Source: Tubulanus polymorphus (taxonomy: Eukaryota > Animalia > Nemertea). Taken from it: 64,000 nt of DNA. Positions 25,701 to 37,931 of this stretch are shown in pieces (the first letter of the stretch is position 1; the number at the start of each line of letters is the position of its first letter). Location of the stretch: positions 24,390,560-24,454,559 of the forward strand of contig NC_134027.1 in assembly GCF_964204645.1 (NCBI RefSeq). The letters are read 5' to 3'. The notes under the pieces are model-generated. The model worked only from the letters and a program-made list of their open reading frames with translations, searched no databases and had not been told where the DNA came from. The position numbers were made by a program, and so were the translations under genes.

Positions 25701-28700
25701 CACCGCACTGCGGTGTAGACCCACTGGAAGGGTTAAGCTCATTTCGGTTCTATGAGCAATGAGAATATGGTTAGAAGTTAACGCCAGTCTATAAGACCAG
25801 GGGCCGGTTCCATAGTGAGGGCTTAGACTTAAGACCAGTCTAAAACCAACTTAGTTCTATAGCCAATCCAACAACTTAAGACCAGTCTTAAGCTTTAAGA
25901 CCACTTTTGGTCTTAAGTCTTGACTATGGAACCGGGCCCAGATCCCGGTTACCTGTTGTATACGATAAGTAGAAAGCGTTGACTCGGTCGAACTTGCGTA
26001 TATTTAACGAGAGTTGTCGTTTTTCCAGTTCCTAAAAATCATAAGTTACTCGTTAAGCCAGTGGTATATCAAACGGTCACATTGACATTCATCACCATCA
26101 ATCGTTTACTCATTTACATCAGTTCTGCTCTTCTAAATTCGAATTGGATCGGTTAAAACGTACAACAATTCAACAAAACTTAACAGAATTCAACAGAACT
26201 GAATTCGTTCCACATTCCTACCTGCGAATGCGACTATTTTGATAGTTTCTCCCGCGTCGATGTTGTGATTTACGATTCTCATCTGCTCGTGAGTTAGACG
26301 TAGTCCTTTTTCCGATTGGCTAAAATTCGATGAAAAATCTTTCGTTTTTGGGAAGGCTTCATTCATTGACCAATTTTATGTATCAACATACTACATAAGA
26401 AACCCTGCACAGTATACTGGGCCCAGTTCCGTAGATCTTGGTGCAAATGTGACTCTAAATTAGGTATTAAATATAGTCAAACTAAACCGTAAACGATGAA
26501 TAAGGGTCCAATGCTGGTTCCATAGTCATTGCTTGGACTTAAGACCAGTCTACGACTATTCAGTTCATAGCCAATATCACAACTTAAGACCGGTCACAAG
26601 ATTTAAGACCACCTATAGACTTAAGTCACAATTATGGGACTGATTTGGATTTAACCCTTTCAGTGCTGGCTAATTTAATACCCTATAGTGCTGAAGATAA
26701 TTTGAAAATTCTGAAAAATTCCACCCTAGTGTGTTGAATAACGGGAATAGCACTATAGCGCGTCTATACCCTGGCGTGGTATATCGTTAGTTACTAATAT
26801 TTCACTATGTTTGACAGGTGCTGCCACCTCTGAAAAGAGATAATTAGTAATAACTAATAAAATCAATACACCGCAATGCGTTGTACTAGCAAAATCTATC
26901 ACTGATTCGTACACCACACTGTGGTGTAGACACACTGAAACGGTTAAGACCAGTCCTAAGATCAAGACCAATCTTAGGATATAAGACCACTTTTTGACAC
27001 CAGTGATGAATGCGGAACTGGGCCCTATGGCGCGGCACTGGACAAATCGCTTACACTCGATGACATGACTGAAGTAAAGGGGTTCCTATGGAGGAGTTAA
27101 GGTCCTTAACACCTCAATACCGGGGTAGGTACCCCTTAACTCCTTAGGGGTAGGGATATAAACTGACCTGTACTGCAGTATCGTCTGTTGACCTTTGTTA
27201 CTAGAGAAAGCCGTCTGCAGCTGATCGACCGACGAACGCGACGAATTCTCGTATAAATACAACGCGTAGTAAACTCTATAGTGAATACTGAAATGAAAGA
27301 TTACCATTTCATTTAATATCGAATTTTTGAAGCCATTTTTTCCGAAACCAATTTTTCTTATGAATTCACACCTGACAACTGTCTCTAGATTGGGTCCAAA
27401 ACTTTGTCTTTTATTTCTAATTCTTGACTAATAAATTTCATCTATAATATTTTAAATCTATGTATAAAGTAAAGTAGGTTTTAAACTAATTATCCATTCT
27501 CTTTGTTAGAGTGCGGCCTATCTACTATGACTGAGATTGTTTTATTTCGGTCATCCTTCTAGACATTATATCAATAGAGGCAAATTTATCAAAACATACC
27601 CAAACGGTGCGGTATCTGACGAGTAAAGGCTACTCAATTATGAGAATCCTTTGTGGATAAATGAGTATTGGTTTTTGTTGCAACGAATATGGCCTGTCGG
27701 CCATTTTCTTTTCTCGCGTATACTCAGCGTTACCATGCTCTTGAGCATGGTAAAGCAAGTACAGTACTCAAAATTGAGTATACCTTTGGATAAAATGTGC
27801 CGAGTACATTCGTCAATAAACGCGCAGTTGGGGTACTCAAAACTTGAGTACGTTTCGATGACTACCCCTTTGGAAATACGACGAACCTGTTCCACACGCC
27901 GACATTTTTAATGCGTTTAAACATCAGCAACATCGTCGCGATGCAGTACAAACATTCCAGAACCTCCATGATCGTGCACTGCGACCGCGCGCACGTTAAA
28001 CACGCGATCACTTCTTCCACGTCGGAGACGGTCTTCGAGATGACGACGAGCGCCGCTATCAGACACCACGGGTTCATGTTCTACAAACAACGAATTTGTT
28101 ATCGATCTGTTGTCTCATCTATGTTTGTGAAACTCTTTGGATTCATAGTTTCCGAAAATTACTGATCCGAATGCATTTAAACACGGTCTGAAGCAAAGCC
28201 AACAGTTGTTGATATGCGTAGTAGTTTATAGTATACTGAAAGTTTTGAGGTTAATTTTCATTTTTTTTCAATTCATTCCTTAGATGATTCAGTTATGAAG
28301 TTCAGTAATATAGTAAAACTTCGAAACTCTCAGAACAAACTTTTTATATCATCAACTGTGGGTTTTGCCGCGTCAGCTATATCATCTACAGAATATGACA
28401 GGAATACCAGGGGCCTGTTCCATAGTCATGGCTTGGACTTAAGACCTGTCTAAAACTATTTTAGTTCTATAGCTAATCTAACAACTTAAGACCAGTCTTA
28501 AGATTTAAGACCACTTTCCGGCTTAAGTCTCGACTGAGGAACCGGCCCCAGGAGTGTCTTTCTAGAGATATACATACCCCATCCTCGATACAATCGTCTA
28601 ATCGTTCAGCAATCAACGCTCGAGCCCACGAGTATTTCTTGTGTTTCGCCAGACATTCGTTCATATTTTTCGACGAAACGCGCTTGAAATCTTTCATAAA

Positions 28701-31539
28701 TCTGTAAAAATTTTGGAACGATTGTAAATTTCAATCGAGTCAAATCTACCTCGCGCTACTTAATGGGATACCGGCAAAACTACCGAGGGAAACGAGGATT
28801 TTGCAATAATCCGCCAGGATCGCTAGCGGTTACTCAGTTACCGCGCTTCAATTTTCTTCAAAATTCAAGTCAACCTTTCTGATTAGTTTATCAATTTTCA
28901 GTGAAATCAATACCATACAATGAGTGGGAAAAGGAGTCTTATATCTATCCGACGAATCATTTGATAACTTTCGTATTTGGAGGCCTAAAAATTCGAATTT
29001 TATTGAAAATGAACTGATTTTCTCTACGAATAACCCTGTATTTTGTTGCACCATCTGGTGTTGCTTACCTGATCAGTTGTGATAAGAAATCTGACGGTAA
29101 TTTTATACCGCATTTCTCGCGAATGATTCCATTCATGTAAGCGGCTTCGTTACCGATTCCGGCTTTCAATTTGTGATACCTCTTCTTCCACGGAACAAAC
29201 TTAATTTAAATATCAAAAATTTGGTTACGCATCTATAATAATACGAGTCTCACGATAGCTTCAGGGCTGACAACCTCTGCAAAGTGCTATTGGTAACAAC
29301 TTGAATTTCTTTCAGTAACATTTCATTTAAATATGAAAGAAAATGATCGAATTATAAGTAATCGAAGCAATGACCCTCAGTAACAGCTTTCACATTTCTG
29401 TACGCATCTAACAAATCATATCAGTATTTTTTGAGAACTTGACAAAATACATGTCCTTCTGAAGGAGAAATTAGGCGAGATCATAACAAGGTATTGCTGC
29501 TCCAAATTCACAACTGCTATTCAATGCCACATTGCGAATCCATTTTCAATACACTCAAACTTTGAACCCATTAGATTTCTTGCGGGACCTTTTTTTATTT
29601 ATCTTACCTTTTCATCGGACAAAATATCGTTCCACTGTAAACAAACGCGATTACTATTCAAACACAAATCCAACATCGGCAGTTGACAAAATATCAACTC
29701 CAAAACTTCGCGCGGCAACGATTCGAAATAGTTCACATCGATCGTCTGCCGCTTCGCCGTCTGCACGTCGGCGCTGTCGCCGAATAATCCGAATTGCGCC
29801 TGACTCAAAATCATCGCGTCCGTATCGCTGTCGTCGTTAATTGTGGTCAGATCGACGACGTGCGTCGGTGGCAAACCGTTCAAACCGCGAGACGTTTCCG
29901 CGTTCAGCGCCGCGAGCGAGAACGACGTGCGCCAGCCGCCGCCGACGCTCAAGCGGTTATTCGCCGTCGTTTTTTTATCGATCGTTTTTCGTCGTTTTTT
30001 TCGTTTCGTCGTTTTTTTGTCCGCGTTCTGACTTTTCTGATTCGCGATCATCATTTCGAACACGTTTTTCGGCGGCGTCGATTCCGCCTTTTCCGGCGGC
30101 GGCGGATTTCGAACGGACGGACTCGTCGACGGCACGTCGCTTAGATAACTACGTAAAGAATTTTTCTGAGGCACCGGAGCGACGGAATTTTTTTTCCATC
30201 CGATGCTAAAAGTATTCGAAACATTTCCGACGTGATCGTCGACTGGTAGAGCTATTCTAGTTAAACTGCTCGCCGACTGGAATCCGAAATTAACCCCGGG
30301 CCCGGCCGCAGGCGCGCTCGGACCGCAGTAATCGCCCGGCTTCGACCGCGGATACAGACCGCGGTTCGGATCTTTCGAACTGGTTTCGACGCGCGCGGGA
30401 TCGGTCAATGCCTGCGAACCTGACGCGGTTCTCGCGTGGTCGACGCAAGCGTTCGAATCCATGTGGATTCGTCGGCGTTTCATCGTCGATTCTTCTGATT
30501 CGTGAGATTCCCGATCCACAGAAAAGATATCCTCGTCTGATTCAGTATTATCACTGTTTTCGACAAGAGGACTAACTCCAGGTACTAAATGACTAGCTTC
30601 AGCACTAATTACTCCAATTTTAGTCTTTTCCTCTGTAAGTGATTTTTCTAAATCCTGGCTACTACGCAAAAGTTCTTCATCAGAATCAGAATTACCAATG
30701 ACTACAGGACTAACTCCAGTGACTAAATCACTAACTTTGACATCACTAGTTACTCCGATTCTAGTCTTTTCCTCGATACAATGTAGAAGTTCTTCATCAG
30801 AATCAGAATTACCGATGACTACAGGACTAACTTCAGTGACTAAATGACTAACTGCAATATCAAGATCACTAGTTACTTCGATTCTAGTCTTTTCCTCGGT
30901 AAATGATTTTTCTAGATCCTGGCTACAACGTAGAAGTTCTTCATCAGAATCAGAATTACCGATGACTACAGGACTAACTTCAGTGACTAAATGACTAACT
31001 GCAACATCGAGATCACTAGTTACTTCGATTCTAGTCTTTTCCTCTGTAAATGATTTTTCTAGATCCTGGCTACAACCCAAAAGTTCTTCATCGGAATCAG
31101 AATTACCAATGACTACAGGACTAACTTCAGTGACTAAATGACCACCTGCAACATCAAGATCACTAGTTACTTCGATTCTAGTCTTATCCTCGGTAAATGA
31201 TTTTTCTAGATCCTGGCTACAACGTAGAAGTTCTTCATCAGAATCAGAATTACCGATGACTACAGGACTAACTTCAGTGACTAAATGACTAACTGCGACA
31301 TCGAGATCACTAGTTACTTCGATTCTAGTCTTTTCCTCTGTAAATGATTTTTCTAGATCCTGGCTACAACGTAGAAGTTCTTCATCAGAATCAGAATTTC
31401 CAGCCACTAAATGACTAACAAACAAATCAAGATCAGTAGCTACACCAGATTTAGTCTTTTTCTTATTTGGAAACGACCGATTTTCGAGTTCCTGGCTGCA
31501 ACGCAGAAGTTCCTCATCGGAATCTGAACCAAATTCCAT
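16753..31539 (-). CDS. FBH1: F-box DNA helicase 1 (UvrD-like SF1A helicase with F-box), ~1430 aa
   Basis: 19 phase-consistent exons: 31539-29608, 29199-29069, 28701-28578, 28080-27887, 27287-27168, 26319-26222, 26031-25953, 24973-24884, 24730-24502, 23680-23518, 22551-22415, 21945-21846, 21216-21089, 20182-20107, 19408-19220, 19040-18939, 18084-17978, 17892-17767, 16920-16753 (sum 4293 nt, divisible by 3). F-box [17 protein letters not shown]...VCLQW followed by FVPWKK; helicase motifs [63 protein letters not shown]. Confidence 0.95.
22039..22300. repeat. ~47-bp tandem repeat derived from MITE internal sequence
   Basis: Units acaacttaagaccagtctaagctcattttggttctat..., sharing sequence with the ggggccggtt MITE family. 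Confidence 0.8.
22770..23205. repeat. 20/23-bp minisatellite (cctggtacctgatatctctaccct)
   Basis: About 19 near-perfect copies in an FBH1 intron. Confidence 0.95.
23886..24122 (-). mobile_element. Probable SINE fragment with L2-like 3' tail
   Basis: Plus strand shows a (tataa)n tail, ttatatagcgc...gctcagagcactttaca and ccaggcacccatttactcctgggtggagagaggc. This resembles the reverse complement of invertebrate L2-tailed SINEs (recognised by pattern, not searched). Confidence 0.5.
25449..25732. mobile_element. piggyBac-like MITE (TTAA TSD)
   Basis: ttaa-ccctttcc...ggaaggg-ttaa; same family as 13060-13330, opposite orientation. Confidence 0.8.
26655..26943. mobile_element. piggyBac-like MITE (TTAA TSD)
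   Basis: ttaa-ccctttcagtg...cactgaaacgg-ttaa; same family. Confidence 0.8.
30530..31535 (-). repeat. Coding tandem repeat in FBH1 exon: 147-bp/49-aa unit, 7 SDSDEELL motifs
   Basis: Unit [49 protein letters not shown], with DNA copies spaced 147 bp apart and near-identical. Confidence 0.95.
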
Positions 31540-32171
31540 TGCGATCTTCTATTTGCCATCATTAGCAGTGATCATCAAAACCTTGAAATAAAAGTTGTGA
31601 AAGTTAAATTTTTTAATTCCACCATCGATGAGGTCTCACACAGAACCCCTTATATTACACATATCAATGTTTATAGACATTATTGTAACGGTTTTCATCA
31701 CAAAACATGTCTTATCAACTCACCCACCTGTGGTGCAAACATTTTTTACGCACTAACAACATTTTTAGGGTCAGGTTCAACTAATTTATTACTTTCAACC
31801 CTCTCAATCGGTACATTTCAAGTCAGGCATAAATGTAATTCAACCCGTAACAAACCTTAGATAACCAGGTGTATCATCGACATCTCTGCCCCACGTTTAG
31901 GTCAAGGCTATTTTGTATGTTTCAATATGAAATAAGAACTAAGTTGTACACTCCTACAGTTAATGAAGACAATTAGCTAGGTCGACAAATGCCACCACTT
32001 TCGGCTCTGTAGCTGAATGAAAGGATTATCTACAGTCTCCTACAGGGTGATGGCCACATCTATTTGACTTGCTTTTTCCGACTATTCCCTGACATGCACA
32101 TTGCTTTCCCCGACTAGATCAGCTATGAACCCAATCAATTAACACAAATTGAATACGCAAAACATAGCCTA

Positions 32172-32671
32172 CTGTCCGTCACACCTACTCTCCGTGCGAC
32201 GTTTTGGTCCGTAATTTCGTTAATAATCGGTTTATCTACCTTTATTATGCATCAATTTGTTAAGTGAGGAATTTGCATTCAGAAATAAACAACAATTTTC
32301 ACTTAAGTTGTTTTTGTTTTCATTTATGAGCGATAGTTTACTCAGCATACGCTCGCGTAATGCTGAAAAAACCGCTCCGCGGACGCTCGGAAACGTTACA
32401 GTGACGTCATCACCTGCTCATTAGCATATCAAAATACAGTAGGTGGCGCCACGTGACGGGCCATAAAAGCCGTTTTTCAGCATTACGCGAGCGTATGCTA
32501 GGTAAACTATCGCTGATAGAAGAAAACACAAACAAATTTCTGCCAGTTCATGATTTATTTCTGAATGCAAATTCCTTACTGAACAAATTGATGCATAATA
32601 TTTACAGATCAACCGATTATTAACGAAATTACGGACCAAAACGTCGCATGAAGAGCATGTGTGACAGACAG
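32172..32671. mobile_element. Foldback MITE with TA TSD (Tc1/mariner-type target), nested in another repeat
   Basis: ta-ctgtccgtcacac...gtgtgacagacag-ta, with ~210-bp imperfect inverted arms. Confidence 0.8.
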
Positions 32672-35056
32672 TAGATGGAAACTGTTTGATTTTTCATGGC
32701 GCTCTCAAAAAATTTCCATGTACCTTTAATGTTTTTAACGAAATTCCCTGACTCTGCGTTCAACTGAGGAAATCGAAGATTCCAGTCGTGACAATCGAGG
32801 TTATTCCAGGCAGCGCTAGTGTATACATTCAAATAATGACAATGAGGCCTTTTTCTCAAGACTCAATCAAAATCCACCCATAACCGGCCACAATTTCAAT
32901 GACAAATACTAAATTGCCCTATACATTTGAACCCTTAAAATCAAAGTGAGTTTACCAAGAGATGCCATTTGCTTAAGTTCTGATGTGGGAGGCTAAAGGT
33001 CTTACAGAGCACAGTGTCTTATATTGTAGACTGCCTTATTAAGAATTTTTTTTGATAAAGGCCCTATTTTGATGTGATTGCTATTGTTACTACCAAATAA
33101 TCATCATACACATAGTACGAGTTGTCTATTGAAATTTCTTGTAGGGCCTATACTGTCATCAGTTTTCAAATATCCAATTAAGAGATTATATGTTTGCACA
33201 GAGTCAGAGAGAGAACAGGGTTTGTAGTAAGTAATCAGATAGCAAGTCGGTAAACAGGATTTTACCTGAAAAAGTAAGCCCTATAATCAGCACCCTAGCC
33301 TGAAATGTTTCTATAAATACAGTAAAACAAAAATAATACCTTGTTTTGCCTAAAAATAAAATTGGTCGTGTCGACATTTCGTAGACGTAGAATGCAAAAA
33401 AATTGTACACCTAATCAGTTAATTTCGAAAACTGCCGGGTCTGTTATTTATGATCATTGTAGCCAGGTAACAAAACATTTCATCCAAATGTAACAAATTT
33501 GATCGGTAAGATTCGACGCGTTCTATTTAACAAAATATGTCAATATAGTAATTGAAATTGAATTTGTTGGGATTCCCCGATTTTCGAAGCCGATTTTGAT
33601 CTTAAAATAGGGATAGTCCCTGTTGTTTATTTGCCAATTTGGCTTGTAAATTTCGTTAGATTTTTTGATTGAGTGTCCCTTACAGTTACAGACCCACCAC
33701 ACCTGCCGGGAGCGAAACAGGGGGTTTCGAAGCCGATTTTAACGAACTTACACAAATTAACAGCGGTCACCAACTATCCACCAGTATCACCAATATCACC
33801 AGCATCTACCTCGAATCTTTTAAAACAGCGCAAAACAATCAGTAATCACTTGAACACGGTGGAAAATACAAATATCCGATTCAAAGATTTAAAAACATAA
33901 CTTTCCGAATTCCACTTTTTCTGCTCCACCAATTCGATCAATCGCGCAATCACTCACTTCCCAGTGCTAGTCTTCCAATGGCACAGTCAACCAGTCTAGA
34001 GTTCCGAAATCAATGCGCTCCAAAACTAAATGACCAGACCTCCAGCAACATTGAACATTGAAGCATTGTAGATATAGGGGTGCCTACTAATTAGATCATT
34101 AGTCATAGTTATGTTATTAATCTTACTGAATTAATTAGCAATTTTTTGGGAAATTTTGTTTTGACGCGCAGAATCAAATATAGAGGAGAGCTCCGAGATT
34201 ATCCCACGAAACTTAACAGCGGCAGGCGGACCGTGCCCGGCTGCCCGGCATCGTTTACGTTGCGGGATTGATGACGTTCTATTTTTCATCTTGTTCCATC
34301 CGACGACATTCATTTTTCGTATAATAAATTCTGAAATGTGTGAATCAGATTCCATGTATCCATTGCGTTTTTCGGATCAACGGGGATTACCCAGATTCCG
34401 GCGTGCCGCAGCCTACTGGCTTCAGAAGCATTGCACAACAAATGTTATTCTTCTGCATCGCTAGTTGAAGTTATTGTATTAAACGGATCAAAATTGCTTG
34501 AATGAAATTCAGAGTGGTTTACGGCATCCAATGTGAGGTAGAGAAATATCACAAATTTGTCAGGATTGAATTTCGCAGGGCATTTTATGTTAGCAAGTAA
34601 ATTCTACGACAATGGAAGCAGAATTCTGAATCCCCGAATTCACATTTCTTAATTCACCGGTTTTGCTAAATAAGCGCAGAACATGAATAATAGAACGATT
34701 TGGACGTTGCTGATGTATACCAACCAATGAATCGTCTAAGCCACGAAAATTTGTGCGTATAACACTTATTTCAAATGAGAATTCAAAGAAATTAGATTTA
34801 CATACGAAGTTTTGATAAAAGAACATCAAACTATGGCTGGAAAACTCTTGTTAAACCGTCAATGTAATTTGATTCAGTGCAGAATTTCGGTGAATGTTTT
34901 CTGTGATGAATGGTTCAAACTTAATCAAAACTACGACGACTGAAAAGATACAAAAGCTGATTGAATTCCATTTTGTATTCACTAGACTTTTCGTGGTTCC
35001 GAAAAGAACAACAATCGACCTGTTTTTACAGAGATTGCGGCATAGTACCTTATGAG

Positions 35057-36121
35057 ATGTCCGATAGCAACATTACTAGCACGACTTTCGCATCGACAGC
35101 GCTGCAACTCAATCTATGTCAGCGAATTCAAACTCGTCCTGTTAAATGGATCAACAAATTCTGCGTATTCGTGTATTTATGCTGGTATCTACCGGCGTCT
35201 GTAGTGGGTTTAATATTCAACGCATTCACGTTGTTAGTTCTGAAACGATTTAAATCTGATGTTTATTTTCTAATCAAAATTCTCGCTTTAAACGATCTTA
35301 CGTTTATGATCGCTACATTCATTCTGTATCCGCTGAGAACTGCGTACATTTACGCAGTTTTAGGGGATATTGTGTTTCGCAGGAATGACTGGTATTTTGG
35401 TTTGATTTTCATCTCAGTTTCTTTGCCATTTTTCTACATGTTTCAGATGACGCGTAACTGGTGCACTGTACTGCTCAGTCTAGAGCGGTTAATCGTCGTA
35501 TTGTTTCCGATAAAATCTCGTAGATTTCCCATGAAGTTAGTATCGGTATGGGCGATGGTGTTGATTTCGCTGGTTAGTTTTTGTGGTCATTTCATTCAAT
35601 TCCTACCGAACAATCGTCTCGAATTCATGAATTGTCCCGATCACTGGCCCTATATTACGATGCGTAAGGGTCGGTACTGGCGCAGTTGGTACCGCGGTTT
35701 CTTATGGCGTTACATAGTTTCAGAGCGATATCTCTTCATGTATCTCACTGTTATGATCCCAATTTGCCTTTTGACTCTAATCAACGTCATTCTTATTTGC
35801 GCGATATTTGTGCGTCGGGTTAATCGACGTTCAGAGCTCGGTGTAACTGATGAATCGTCTAGAAGGGAAATGAGGGTTTTAAAGATGGTTTTATCAGTAG
35901 TTTCGTTATTTATTATTTGCGAAGGTTTTGGTTTTATCGACCGTCTTATGGGTTTAAGATACATTCCGATGCTCGTGGGCGGGTCTATGAGACAAATTGC
36001 GATGGGATTTTCTATCGTCGATTCGTCATTGAACTTCATCGTGTATTGCTCGACGAATGGTAAATTCAGAAAAATAGCTATCGATATCTTTAACAAAGCC
36101 CGCACCAGGCATTCCAAGTAA
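35057..36121 (+). CDS. Class A (rhodopsin-like) peptide GPCR, FMRFamide-receptor-like, ~354 aa, single coding exon
   Basis: The first ATG of the long ORF is at 35057 (MSDSNITS, N-glycosylation sequon). Seven hydrophobic segments with GLIFN (TM1), LALND (TM2), SLERL (DRY position), FIICE (TM6) and DSSLNFIVY (TM7). A splice acceptor just upstream (~35031) suggests a 5'UTR intron. Confidence 0.85.
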   Translation: MSDSNITSTTFASTALQLNLCQRIQTRPVKWINKFCVFVYLCWYLPASVVGLIFNAFTLLVLKRFKSDVYFLIKILALNDLTFMIATFILYPLRTAYIYAVLGDIVFRRNDWYFGLIFISVSLPFFYMFQMTRNWCTVLLSLERLIVVLFPIKSRRFPMKLVSVWAMVLISLVSFCGHFIQFLPNNRLEFMNCPDHWPYITMRKGRYWRSWYRGFLWRYIVSERYLFMYLTVMIPICLLTLINVILICAIFVRRVNRRSELGVTDESSRREMRVLKMVLSVVSLFIICEGFGFIDRLMGLRYIPMLVGGSMRQIAMGFSIVDSSLNFIVYCSTNGKFRKIAIDIFNKARTRHSK

Positions 36122-37931
36122 CTTTGCCGTCTGTAATGGTTGTGAAAAATTGATAGAGCCACAATGTTGCTTATCAATTTAATTGATGGGAATTGCGGAG
36201 TCAGATCAAACAAGTATGTACATATTCATTGATGGGCACATTTTACGATAAATCTAATACGATAATCGTAATCCAAGAATTGCATTAGGAAGGCAACTCA
36301 CCCGAATATAAATCTCAGGAAATGAGACGTATGTACGATAATGATGGTATACCAGAAACCACCGGATTTGATCAGTCTTCGCAGATACGATGCACACTAG
36401 CAAACATCGCCTTTAGACCCGGGGCCTACCCTTTTTTTTCAGAGTTAATCCTTCCCAGCGTCCGTCCGTCGCATCAGAGTAATCGTACGAATCGATACAT
36501 AAGGCGTACCGGCGATCTCTGTCAGTCTCGTCAGGCAATTTGATCTTACAAAAGAAATCCTATTTCGAAAGTAGCAAAGACTCTTGATATTCAAAACCAA
36601 TTAAATGATATTTTCTACTCCCCGCCTAAAGAATCCGCGCTTACATATACGTGTCATATATTTGTACACACGATCCTAAATCGATGTGAAATGTCACCAA
36701 ATTATGAGTCTGTTGTCAACTAATCACAAAGCACTGAAAAAGTGAAAATACTCTAATACTTTTCTTCAATGCCGAGACTAAATCATGAGTGCCGAGAATA
36801 GTCACAGATACAACGACAAAGTAGCCGTCGATCATACCGAGCTAGCTTTAGCCCGGGCCAACGACCCGGCGACTCTGTGCGCGAGTACCCCGCAAGATTC
36901 CGGCCTATGGAGTTTACAATGTTTCGCAACTGTAAGTACAGTAAGATGGATACGTGAATGGGTGGAATTCCAAATCGGTTAGGGTCGGGCTATGGGTCAC
37001 GTGTTTGGTAGGTGGGGTCGGGCTAAATGGGGTGATACGGCAGGGTGGCGGGCCATGTACAGGGGTGTCCCGGGTTCGAACCCAGTAATTACTGACACTG
37101 ATTCAGAGTTGTCCTTATTCCGAAGAGATGATGTACAGTCCCGGGTTCGAACCCAGTAATTATTGGCACTCATGAAATAGACGTGATGCCACACTACACC
37201 GTCTGGTGCTGCCGCTATGCTCAACATTAGCGGATTTTTTATACACTAACGTGAATTGTCTCTGGCAACCAAGGCAGAGAGTCTACTGCCAGAGTCAGTT
37301 CGTGTTAGTTTATGCAAAGGTTCAGAGTGGCTCTGACGCTAAATGCAAGATACAGGGTTCCCGGGTTCGAATCCAGTGGGACGATTTACTCATGGGCATG
37401 CCCGGGCTTTCTTGGGGTTCCTGGAAGGGATCGGGCCTGTAGGTGATTTCTGGGCCATGGCAACCAGTCAACAGGTGCGCACTATTGGACAGGCAACCAG
37501 TCTAGCGGTGGCGCGGCAATCCCATTGCAATACAATATCAAAATGGCGTAACACGAAAAGCGAAAACCTCACCTAATTCCAAACATTGCCACCCTCCTTT
37601 CCGACCCCTGAAGTCAGTATTTTAATATTTGGTAAGTGTTCGTAACATTGGTTTAAATTGCGAAAAATATTCCATCTCAGATATTGTGGGAAATCATTAT
37701 TTCAGAGGCACATCGTACAACGAACGGTGCACATGGTGGTGCTCAGTCAAGCATATCGTCATTCCATCCTGATATTTCTAGACCCTTCCTTTACCCTGCT
37801 GTGTTGTAATGAATTTGTTCTTAAATGATTCCATCCACTGATTACATCGAAGAATGAAAACGGTGTGAGTTTATTTCATCTTTTAAATGTGTTCTTCATC
37901 GGTTTCTGAAATGAAAGAATATAATATTTAA

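Noticed and set aside
30640-31400. 147-bp repeat period equals the nucleosome core length
   Set aside because: The period is explained by a 49-codon protein repeat, and there is no linker allowance. Most likely coincidence.
34961-35056. N-terminal 32 codons of the 386-aa GPCR ORF
   Set aside because: It starts at TTG and spans a likely splice acceptor. The first ATG is at 35057.
35710-36213. 167-aa antisense ORF over the GPCR
   Set aside because: Shadow ORF of the coding strand with no recognisable motifs. The same applies to the antisense ORFs over 29794-30209, 56537-57144 and 57512-58111.
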